DNA from: Eledone cirrhosa
Lineage: Eukaryota
Direction of reading: 5' to 3'
Length of the DNA stretch: 64,000 nucleotides
NCBI GenBank assembly: GCA_964016885.1
Contig: CAXHJY010000249.1
Coordinates: 1 to 64,000, forward strand
How positions within the stretch are numbered: position 1 is the first letter of the stretch; each line of letters starts with the position of its first letter. Of the stretch, positions 52,750-64,000 are shown in pieces. The translations under genes and the position numbers were made by a program. Under the pieces are notes generated by a model. That model was not told the origin of the DNA, did no database searches, and saw nothing but the letters and a program-made list of their open reading frames with translations.

Positions 52750-53100
52750 AGATAACTTTAGAATGCTTGTTGTTAATGAGTTGCAGGAATAACATTGACA
52801 GGGAGGGAATTCCAGAGAGATGATGTTCTAGGGAGCAAGGAATGGGTACAGTTATTAATGCAAGACCCGAAGTGTGAGAGAGAACTTAATATGAGTGACA
52901 AGGGGAAGAGGAATGGGTGAGTCAAGAGGACCTGAGTGATGGTGAGATGAGACCAGTAAGCTCCAAGGAGCAAATATCATTCTAGGAGAAGTAAAAAAAA
53001 ACAAAGTGAGACGAAGTCTGTGAGGCCAGAGGCTGGAGTGCGTTTGAGAACAAGTTCATGCCAATCACTTACATGGCCTCTTTTGTAATGCAATCAAGGA
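52750..53100 (-). mobile_element. CR1/Jockey-group 3' fragment
   Basis: HSLLPRTSSLWNSLPVNVIP C-terminal motif. Confidence 0.65.
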
Positions 53101-53104
53101 TGTT

Positions 53105-53410
53105 TGCTTCTCTTCTCTTCTTCTTCGCTCACTTATTTCTGAGAGGGTCATGGGGGCAAAGTCCTCAAACACTCCTTTCAGTGGGATCTGTCAGAAGTGA
53201 GACCAGCCAAGCTCAAGGATGTTATCCAACCATCTTGCTGGGAGTCTACCCCTGGGTCTCCTGCTGGGTGGTTTTCCCCGTAAAATCTGTCCAGCGATTC
53301 TTTCCGGAGACATTCTAACCACAAGCCCATAGTATCAGAGCTGTGGTGTTTCAATTCAGAGAAGTAGCGGCTCTACCTGGAGTGACTCTGATCTCCAAGT
53401 TACGCACTTT
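53105..53410 (-). mobile_element. RTE (Expander-like) 3' end with (GAA)n tail; short inverted copy at 53576-53630
   Basis: RMSPERIAGQIL..RRPRGRLPARWLDNI. 53201-53238 is mirrored at 53576-53611. Confidence 0.75.
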
Positions 53411-53674
53411 ACCAAGTAACATTACTCCAAAGACCCTTTGGAGGAACCCCATTTCAGATGTTTGCATAAATCAAAAAAATAGTTAGTTACTATTTTAAGA
53501 TTTATGTCATAAAATATATCATCCTAATTCCATGACCCCAAGAAAATTAAAGGTTATGGTGCTATAATTTTATGGGCAAGATGGTTGGATAACATCTGAG
53601 CTTGGCTGGTCAAGAAGAAGAAGAAGAAGCTGCTGCTGCTGCTATAATGAGCTAGTTGAGATTAGTCTTATAGT

Positions 53675-53892
53675 TTAACCCTTTAGCATTCACATTACTC
53701 TATATATACTATTATATTTTCATGGTAAAGGCTTTACCTCGCATAATTATCTCACATAATATCGAATCTATGAGATTTTGAAAGTATTTATTTTGAGAAC
53801 AATACCGTAACATCAGTTTGAGCGACCAGATACAGCCAGTTTCAACAGAAAGAGGTAGAGAATTCTGGTCGGTTTGAACATTAAAGGTTTAA
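53675..53892 (+). mobile_element. piggyBac-like MITE with TTAA ends
   Basis: ttaa-ccctttagcattc ... acattaaaggt-ttaa. Two related copies occur elsewhere in the window. Confidence 0.7.
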
Positions 53893-56214
53893 CTTACAAT
53901 AGCAATGATATTGATCTCTGGCACAGGCTCAAAGCTAGAAATTTTGGGTAGAGGCACAGTTGATTGTGTCATCCTCAATACTTGAGTGATACTTTGTTTT
54001 ATCAATCCCTCAGAAGGATGAAAGACAAAGTTGACTTCAGAAGATTTGAACTCAGAATCTAAGGACCAAATATACTACATTATACAATCAAAAATATACT
54101 TTTTTTAATTATATAAACCAAGCTACAAAATCTTATGCGAAAGGAGCTTTTTGAATAACTTTGTGGTATTTGTTCCAGCTCTTTGAGTGCTGAGTTCAAA
54201 TCCCACCAAGGTTAGCTTTGCCTTTTAAACCTTTTGGTTGGTTCAAGTTGAACACCTAGCAGAGTTTGATTTGTAGCAGGCATTTAAGCCAGGTTTCTGG
54301 TTTGAAGATAACTCCCCACTCCTTTCTACTAGTCATTGAGGCCACCAAAAGCATTATGAGTACTGCTCTTCTTTGCATGACTAAAGAGTAAAAAAAATCT
54401 GTTCATAAAGATCTTTGAGATTATGGAGTACAACTTGCTTGTGTAAATGGAAGGCATAATTATTTGATGGAAGAAATAATTAGACACAGTTTTCAGGTTG
54501 AAATACATTTTATTTGTAATAATTGGCAAGACAGCAGAATCTTTGAAATCTTCCATGATCTATTTCTATATGATAGAAGAACAAATTCAACAAGAACAGG
54601 TAACAAATGAGAGATTAAATGATTAGAAAGACAAGTAGGTGGTTGATTTTAAATTTGATTAACATACAATATCACCTAGCTAAATACAATATTATTTAAC
54701 TCTTCAAAATTTAGAATCATGTAAAGACATTTAGCTTTCTAATGGTGATCTGATTTGATATGGTAGATGATCAATTGTTAATGGAATAAATGGTTTTTAA
54801 TTTTATTGATAAGAATGATTAGAAACCATGTCAAAAGGTTTGAGAGAGCTCTTCAGCTACATCAAGGATATGACAGAATCTCTTAGTGCTGGTATTATGA
54901 TAAAATGCAACTAGCATACTTTATAAAGCGGTTGGCCTTGGGAAGGGCATATATCTGCAGAAAATAAGCAAAAATTGGAACATTAAGTAAGATGTGGTCT
55001 CTCAACAACCTGTCTAACTCATGCTGGCATAGAAAAAATATGTAAAATTATGATAATGATGAGTAAATTGTTACTTCAATTTATTATATTAAACATTTGT
55101 AGAATAAGCTAGATGTTATTTTAAAAAGTATTTTAATGAGTAATTGCCATCAGGAAATAATGATTTTAATTCTATATTTTTATGTTGGCTCAAGCTGATC
55201 TTCATTTGACATACATTTATAGATATCTTGCCATCATCATCAAGGGCAAAGTCAGTTCTTATTTGAAGTTACTGTCCTCCTAGATGTGTCAGGGTCCATG
55301 TCTCACTTGTACATTCCATTTTTGGCATCGTTTTTATGGCTGGGTGCCCTTCCTAACAGCAACTGTTTTACAGAGTGTACTGAGTGCACTTTATTGAAAA
55401 ACTAGCACTAGGAAAATTATGTCCTAGGAAGAACTAAGAGGTCTCCTTCCATATAAATTAGTTTTATGGGGGAACTTCCATCTACAGTGTCATCCAAAAC
55501 TGTGTCTTCTTGAAAATGGTAAGAAACAATGAAATGAAATAACAAATTCTTCCAATTTCTTTCAGATCTATTGCTTTGTAAGCATTGACAAAATGGATTA
55601 TTGATATTCAGGTGTATTATACAAATAATGGAAAAATTCCATCATTAGCCCTTTCTTTTTCATATGGTCCTGTAATTCCCAATGGAGTTGCAGTGGCGCC
55701 GTAGTGACATACAGTGTTTCTTAGGCATTTTGAAGCTTGGCAGAGCCCATCCCTCTCCAGTTTTGAACACAGCAGATTATTTCCAGAGAAAGATAGTGAG
55801 AGAGTGGAAGTCAGAAAGGTATATAGAGGAAGAGGAAGGAAGAATCTAGTCCAGTACTAGACGGGTACTTTTTTTTTATCAACCTTGAAAGGATGAAAAG
55901 CAAAGTTGCCCTTGGTGGGATTTGAACTCAGAGAGCTTAGAGCTTGAACGAATACTGCAAAGCATTTTATTCGACATCCTAACAACTCTGCCATTTCACT
56001 GCCTATTATGTGTTTGGAATGTTCCAAATAGGCAAATGAGTTACATACACCTGATTTCCTTATGTTGTTTCTGGAGCAACATCTGTGAATATACTATGCC
56101 ATCACTATTGTTATGTGAATGAACACCTCACACTGTAATGGTTGCCACATTTATATTTTTGTATATAAACAGTTGGGTTATTAGTTCACCCATTTTTTCA
56201 TGTAAGAGAATGAT

Positions 56215-56315
56215 GATAATAATAATGAAAATTATTGTGTACAGTGCTCAGATGCACTACAACTCATCAAAGGTGCATGTATAGTACATAGAATAATGTA
56301 CAAATGTCAGGGAAG
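56215..56315 (-). mobile_element. Extreme 3' tail of the CR1 family found at 4648 (shorter scrap at 30838-30871)
   Basis: aataatgaaaattattgtgtacagtgctcagatgcactacaactc..atagtacatagaataat..agggaag matches 4664-4751. Confidence 0.85.
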
Positions 56316-58097
56316 AAAGCATATAATGATTATTTCATTTTCTTTTTCTTAAAGTTTTCATGATAAATAGGTGGTTACATTGTTTATGTATTTAATCCTT
56401 AATAGTGTTATTACCTGTACAAAAAAAAATGACAGTTACTGTAAGCTAACTACAATGTTATTGGTCTTACTGATACTGTAAATACATAAGCTTTTATTTT
56501 ATTTTTCATTTAAAAATAATGTTTTTCAAAAATAAAATAAAAACAAACACTTGATTTATTTTTCATTCTGTTGTCTTTTACTTCAATGTTACATAAATAA
56601 ACATATGTACATATATACACAAAGGATATATGCATATGGTGTAATACACATTAAGAATAGTTCAAATTGCCTTTTCTGATGATTATGGGTTAAGGTCTTT
56701 GAAACCTTTATACACTCACCGCCCACAATTTCTGGGTAAAGCATAGCAATGCTCATCACATACAAATTTTTTGAGTGAGGTAATATTAACCTGCACCATA
56801 CCAAGCAAGAAGGGAAAATGTTTAAGGATTTGTAATGACAATAACAATAATAATTAAAAATAAAAGAAGTTTCATTTTTGAAAGATTAGAGAAATAAAGG
56901 ATGTAAGAAGCAACAGAATGTGTCATATGAAAGAATAGAAATAAGATTTTTTAATGCAAAAATCATAGAGCTATGGTGGTACCTGGGTAAAGTTATCCCA
57001 TGTTCCTGACAGAGATTTACAAGTTACTTATTTGTTTGTTTATCTGTTATCTCTGAATGAATAAAAAAAAAATCAACTGGTTTATAAAAAATTTTTTTTT
57101 ATCCCAAACCGTGATTGAATACATATGGTTATTTCACATATGAATAAATGTAAAGAGAGAAGCAGTTTAGAACTTAACAGAAGAGAGAATAGATGAGAAA
57201 ACTGTGAGTGTGTGTGAAAGAGAGAGAGATTTAAAAAAAAGCAAAATTAGAAATTAAATGCTACATATATTTACCTGCCCCCAACCTCTTTAAGGGTCTA
57301 AAGATTTACACTACAACTATATTCAAGTCCTTCCATGAACACATATGTACCCAAGTATGTTTCTGAATTTCTTGAATCATAATTGGTTTTACATTTGAAA
57401 GAACATGTATTAACTAGATGAACAAAAATATAATACATCCTTATCTCAAGCACAAAGCCAGTTGTTGAGAAAGTGTTTTGTTTTAATTTTAGAATATCCT
57501 GATACATATTTTATTTACCTTAAAAAAGATGAAAGGCAAAGTTGACCCAGTGTGATCTGCACTTGGAAGTGTGATTAGAAGAGCCAATGACAAAACTAAA
57601 TATTATAAAACATTTAGTTTGCTTCTCAACTAGCTCAACAGATCTACACTAAACAATATGCTAAACAGATCCATATATCTAAAGTGGGGAACAAAATTGG
57701 TGGTTTTGTAAGATAAAATTATCTTTTAATGTTTGTATCAGATATTGCGTATAAGGATTGATTGTTATATTCCCTGCAGAAGTATGCATTTAATGCAGAA
57801 TAATCTATAAGAGATTGGGATAGTAACATACTGTTTGTTATTAACATCATATAAAGAAATTACAGGGTTTTACAGATGTGAATGAATAGCTTATGTAATG
57901 TAATGAATAAAAAGATGTATCATTTTCTAACTTATGTTGAACAAAACCTAGAAGAAGAATTGTGTGAGAGAGAAAAAGGGCAAGATGTCCAAAGACTAAT
58001 TTGGCTCACACAAAGATGTTGCTGCGTTACCTAAGAGTGTGAATATATATATATATATATATATATATGCGTGTGTGTAATATACATATACATATAC

Positions 58098-58147
<50 letters not shown>

Positions 58148-58249
58148 ATATATATATGTATATATATATATATATAAGTTATTCTGGGTTGAATCAAAGG
58201 TAACCACAGTAAGTAAGGTACTCAATACATAGCAGAGTATAAAAGTTTT

Positions 58250-58365
58250 AATATAGAAGAGCTTCTACAAGACTAGAACTGTTTCATTCGTGAGAAATCA
58301 TCAGGGAGCCCTGATGATTTCTCACGAATGAAACAGTTCTAGTCCTGTAGAAGCTTTTCTATATT
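58250..58365. ncRNA. 57-bp-arm palindrome made of two head-to-head hammerhead-like cores
   Basis: Arms 58250-58306 and 58309-58365 with 2 mismatches. The + arm reads CUGAUGA-uuuc-ucac-gaau-GAAA-cag..cug-UA. Flanked by (TA)n. Confidence 0.65.
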
Positions 58366-58370
58366 TAAAA

Positions 58371-58411
<41 letters not shown>

Positions 58412-58424
58412 CACACACACACAC

Positions 58425-58500
<76 letters not shown>

Positions 58501-58503
58501 GTA

Positions 58504-58556
<53 letters not shown>

Positions 58557-59219
58557 ATGTATATAATGAACTTTTTTTTAAATTTTTGATTATATATTAA
58601 TTAAAATAGAAAAACAATATTTTCAGGGAAGAGGTGCTCTGAACTAGAGAAAATAATTCTTATCTGAAGTAGGCACTATATAAGGTTTTTTGCCATATTT
58701 AACATCAAGGAAGTTTTGGAATAAAAACAAAACTAAAAATTAATGGGTAACTGTGCGTTGAAATAGACTCACATGTATACATGTGTGTGTGTGTATTGTA
58801 TATATATATATATGTTATACTATATATATATAGTATAATATATATATATATATAAAATGATGAAGGGAAATACTCGCCAAGTGGACTTCAATAATTGGAA
58901 AGAGTAATGCCTCACTTATCATTTAGATGGTTTGCTATATATATATATATTATAAACACACACTATGAAGCAATCAAACGTTTTTTTTTTTATTCTTTCA
59001 CACCACCTGACTTGTGTAAAATTCTTATCCCTGAGCAAGTACCTTTTAGATTAAATTAAATAAAAACAAATTTTTTTAAAACTTCTAACAACATTCCCCT
59101 TTTTTTGTTATTTTGCTCCACTCTTAAAACAGGTTTCCATCTACAGAACTACACCCAACAAATATTTGTTAAGATACACAGCATTGAGCCTCCAATATAA
59201 TTAAAACCTGTCTCAAACC

Positions 59220-59460
59220 TAGAGGCCCCTCAGAATGTGGCTAAAAGTACAATCCTCACTGGACAGGATGCCAGTCTATGACAAAGGGTTATCCCCAGTT
59301 GCTGCTGTTGCTGGTACCCATTTTTTCAGCTGAGTTGACTGGAGCAATGTGGAATGAAATGTCTTGCTCAAGGACACAACATGCTACCTGATTTGGGAAT
59401 CCAACTCACAACCTTATGGTTGTGAAATCTAACATCCTAATCACTAGGCCACACGTCTTC
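59220..59460 (-). mobile_element. CORE-like tRNA SINE
   Basis: Minus strand gtggcctagtgattagg..gtgtccttgagcaagacatttcattccacattgctccagtc. Confidence 0.7.
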
Positions 59461-60459
59461 ACATATAAACAGTGTTTAATTTTGTGTTTCACACTGGACA
59501 GTTCTTTTTTATTTCCTTTCTACAGCCGAGTAGTGGTCAACAGATCTTTCCCAAAACATTCACTTCTGATTCCTCTAAATAATATTTATGTAAGTAAACA
59601 TTTTTCCCTGTTTTGTAATTTTTTTTACTGATTTTTCTTTCTTTATTTATTTATGTATTTTATTATATTTCTTTTTTTTTGGATGGGGAGAGTAATTATT
59701 TTTTTCAGAAAGACTTATTAGAAAAATATACATATATATATATCTAACCTCTGCATTATTAACAGAAATTTATGCTTTATATATTCCTTTTTTTATATAT
59801 ATCTTTTTAAAGAAAGAAAACAAACAATAAGAGAGAAAAAATAAATAAATAAATAATAATAATAATAATAATAATAATGATAATAATAATGTAATAATAG
59901 CCAATGCAAACTTTTTAAAATATCAACGGAGTAGCAATATTTGTAAATATTCTGTCAATGGTCATCGTTGTTATGGTTAACGTAGTCATTGCAGTAATAG
60001 CAGTAGTGGTCATAATAATAATAGTAGTAGTGATGGTAGTGTGGTAATGATGCTTCAGTGGGCGGGCATTTAAATGAGCAATTCCTATAATATTTCAATC
60101 ATAATAACCCCCTAAAAAAAGTCTTAATATTTTTGCTTAACATTTAATGGTTCTGTCTTAATCTTCAGCATGCTCTAGGAGCATTATGTCGCCAATAGAG
60201 TAATCTTCCCTTAATACATAATGCAATCTCAAGGGAAGCAATTCATAAAAATTTCTAGCATGCTAAAGATTAAAATGAAAAAAAAACCACCAAATACCAG
60301 TGCCAAAACCACTATCTAGGTGTTGTCGTTTTACTTTATTCTTTGTCAAATTTATTTGGCAGCATCAGTAAATATTTAAACCTGATTGCTCTAGAATAGT
60401 CTCCCACCCCTGCAAAAAGAAAAAAACCCAGCCCACAATAAGTATAATGATAATAATAG

Positions 60460-60860
60460 TTTCTACTTTTGGCACAAGGCCAGCAATTATTCCAGTGTGT
60501 TACTGGTACTTTATTTTATCGACCCCGTAAGGATGAAAGGCAAAGTTAACCTCGGCGGGATTTAAACTCAGAATGGAAAGGGCCGTAACTCTGTGTCAAA
60601 GCATGGCGTCCAACCCTCTACCGATACTGCCAATCCAAATAATAATAATTTCTTAGATAGGCACAACGCCAGAAATTTCGTGGGAGGGTTTAGTCAATTA
60701 AATCAACCCCAGTATATGATGACTGATACTTGAATTTATCAATCTCAAAGAAGAATGAAAGGCAAAGTTAACCTCAGCAGAATTTGAACCCAGAATGTAA
60801 AGAGCCATGATTAAAAACTATCTGACGCTCTATCAATTCTGCCAATGCATCGTTCTAATA
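60460..60860 (-). mobile_element. Two tandem Meta-like SINEs
   Basis: 60460-60640 is a close reverse complement of the 48643 SINE; 60650-60860 is an older copy. Confidence 0.75.
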
Positions 60861-61916
60861 ATAATAAACAATATATGCAGAAGTTAAACCAAACAATATA
60901 CTCATTTCATTTAACAATGGGAAGGTAGGTAGGTATGTAGGTCAGTAGCTAACACATACAAAACATTCTTTGAAATAGAAGTTAAGCGACTTTAAAGAAA
61001 ATTTTGCACGGAACACTTGACTATTTTTTCATCACAATTTTTTGTAATAGTCTCACTTTTAATATATATTTTCATTTTGATTACAACTTTTTAGATAACA
61101 ATTTCAACAACACAGATTTTTAAAAATATTTGAATTAGATAATTTGAAAACTATGAAGTGGAAACAGGCAAAAAAAAAAAAAAAAATGAGGGTAGGGGAG
61201 CCCGCTATACATACATCTATATGTGTGTCTGTGTATGTATCTATATCTATATCTATATATATGTATGCATATATATATATGCAATGAACTAGATTTAAAT
61301 GGAATCTCTCAACACTACTGGTCTATTCAAATGTGCAGCAAAACTATATAATTGTAGAAGTTTCATTAATGGACAGTGGTGGTGATGGTGATGGCAGGTG
61401 GGGGAGGGATATTCAAGTTTATTAAATATATTTTTCTCCTCAACAACGTTAATATATCAAAGGGAAGTAAATCACATGAAAGAGAGGAAATAGTTCTGAT
61501 TTTGAGCTTTTAAACTAAAACTGAGAAATTACACCTAAAGAGTAAGCAATCTATAATTTCTCTGAAGCCCTCCTAAAGCCACACGAAAATATTTATAGAT
61601 CAGAGGAAATCTTTAGTTAAATTTTAAATACATTGGAAACAAAATAAATTTTGATACACATGAATCATTGATGAAATAAAAATCAATTTACATTGTATGG
61701 TATTTCAATGATATTTAGTTTAAAAGGAGGGATGAGGAAGAAAAAAAAATAGTAACTCCATGAACCCTCAACTTTGTATAAAGACATCTACATGAATAGT
61801 AAAAAATGATTAATGTTGTGTTTGAGAAAGATTGCATTAAACAGACATATGATATATATATATATAAGGTATAAACCGAAGTTGTAGCTGCCATACAGCA
61901 GGTACTATATATATAT

Positions 61917-61987
<71 letters not shown>

Positions 61988-62280
61988 GCAATTGTTATCA
62001 TAAGCAATGCATAGGGCATCCAAAGTAGAAAGAATATGAGATGCGATTTGAATTCAAGGTACCCAACCAGCCTTGAAGGTGAAGGTTCAAGCACAGGCAG
62101 TGGAGGAAAAAAAAATAACATCAGAAGGGTATCCAGGTGTTATGATTTGGATGTGGCCTGGCTCCTTAAAATGTATGGAGTTAAGTGCTGAAACACCTGC
62201 ATCGGAGAAGGAGGCTTCTTTGCTGAAGATCTTCTGCTGTCTAACTCTCCCTAGAGTTTTTTTTTACTAATGCTACTACT

Positions 62281-62303
62281 GATATATATATATATATATA
62301 TAT

Positions 62304-62341
<38 letters not shown>
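62281..62341. repeat. (TA)n and (GA)n microsatellites
   Basis: Seen directly. Confidence 0.9.
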
Positions 62342-62345
<4 letters not shown>

Positions 62346-64000
62346 GGGGATGAGAAGAAATAAAAAAAAATGTTGAATTAAAGGTTATTCACATAATTAA
62401 GATAACACATATGACACAAAACTTTAGGAACAAGTCAACAATTAATGATAAAAGATCAGTAAAAATATGTTAATAAGAAGGGAATCACAAAAGTGCTACA
62501 GAATCTAGCCAGTGGCAAAAAATATTTACAAATTCTTAAAAATTATTGTCCAGTCTGGTTGAATGAATTCATTACCTTGAGATGTATCATCAGCATAAAA
62601 TAGTTGATAAAATCATATAGGACGAAGATAATGATGATGATGAATATTATGATGGTGAGGATGATGATAACGATGAGTATTATTATAATCAACAACAACA
62701 ACAACAATAAATAACATTTATCTATTTTATGAAAAGAAAAAAATGGAACATATAAATGAATACTTAAATGTTAATAAAAAAGATATACATTTTTTTATAA
62801 AAGGAAACTGATTTACTTTAATGAATCTAAAAAGCTCATTTTTTTCTTTTGGCTTCTACTGATTGAGGCAATCTACTCCATCTATATACTGTATATACTC
62901 ATGTATAGGCTGCACCGGTAGCTAAGTTGCATCTCTATTTTACATATAACATTTACAATGTACTTATATTATTGAATTGAGGCTTTGAAGGTCCAGTAGA
63001 TAAGTCACAAGCTGGTTTTTTCAAGGAAAAACATGTGACTTATACATGAATACATACAGCATAGTATTTTTTTCTTGTAAACTATACAATATTGATAACA
63101 TCAGATATAATGAACACCAGACATGTAAGGATACCAGCAACGATACAAACATAATATCGAAAAACAAATCATTTAATGAATGAATCAATTCTATCATTAG
63201 CACATTTATCATAAGACTGTAATGTGCAATGCTATGCAAGGTTTAAACATGATTTAAATTAGGGAACACCGTAGAAACGTAAAATATATTTTATTGATTG
63301 ATTTAATTGTAAAGAATAAATAAAGATAAAACATGTTCCATCATTTTATACTAACTATATATACATACATTCATACATACATACCTACACACACGTGTAC
63401 ATGTGTGTGAGTGTGTGTGTGTATGTCAATGAGTGTGTGAGTGTGTGTATTTGTTTCCAGATGATGTTTCATTCTGTCGCTACCCAGAGTTTCTCATCAT
63501 GTCTTATACATTATGTTTCCCCTTTAGAAGGATTGTACATAGCAAGATACTGTGAGTAGTGACGCAGGGAATCCCAGCTTTGAACAAATAAACTCTACTA
63601 CAGGTATTGACATTTTTTTCTCATGTTTGTACACTGAAGAAACACCTGTTTGTATAGACACACACATTTAAATATATATATATATATATTACTATTACAA
63701 AAATACAGGAGAGAGAGAGATTTGCAAATGTATACATGTTCACAAGCACGTAACCACATAAACATACAATGCAAACTGTAAACATTAAGCTCATGATGGA
63801 ATGTGACACAAATGAACGGCATTAAAAACGTGGAAGATGTGCCGCCGACAAAGAAATATGGTTCTATATTGGCATCATATGGTAATAACAGATTGTAGAA
63901 CCAGGTTGGCATTGTTTGAATTGCAACTTGATAGAATACAATGAATTTCCAGGATTTGTTGCAATTTTCACACAAAGACATACACACCAAACATACTCAT

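Noticed and set aside
54498-54599. AG/GT-bounded segment open in two frames
   Set aside because: No recognisable protein and no supportable partner exons.

Overview
AT-rich, repeat-dense animal genomic DNA. The SINE/LINE repertoire and very long (TA)n/(TATG)n tracts suggest an octopus-like cephalopod (inference only). Two intron-split genes, both missed by the ORF track, lie tail-to-tail: Rab2 (+ strand, coding exons 3-8 at 13661-26903; exons 1-2 not found, presumably upstream) and a complete 57-aa UQCR11-like complex III subunit (- strand, 3 exons, 42365-28809). The first 12.5 kb is a large microsatellite field holding a full-length CR1-clade LINE, an R4/Dong fragment and three RTE 3' fragments. 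The LINE has a PHD-type ORF1 and an ATG-less ORF2 with two TGA stops, joined by a G_GGA_AAC -1 slippery site. The remainder holds CRE, RTE and CR1 LINE relics, mariner relics, MITEs, many tRNA-SINEs and a 22-bp minisatellite. Best leads: three Penelope-type hammerhead ribozyme motifs (49599-49669 +, 49950-50007 -, 58250-58365 palindrome), the candidate -1 ribosomal frameshift in the CR1 element, and a UQCR11 intron inside the last codon that gives the same protein whether spliced or retained. All calls were made by eye without database searches, and boundaries of degenerate elements are approximate.
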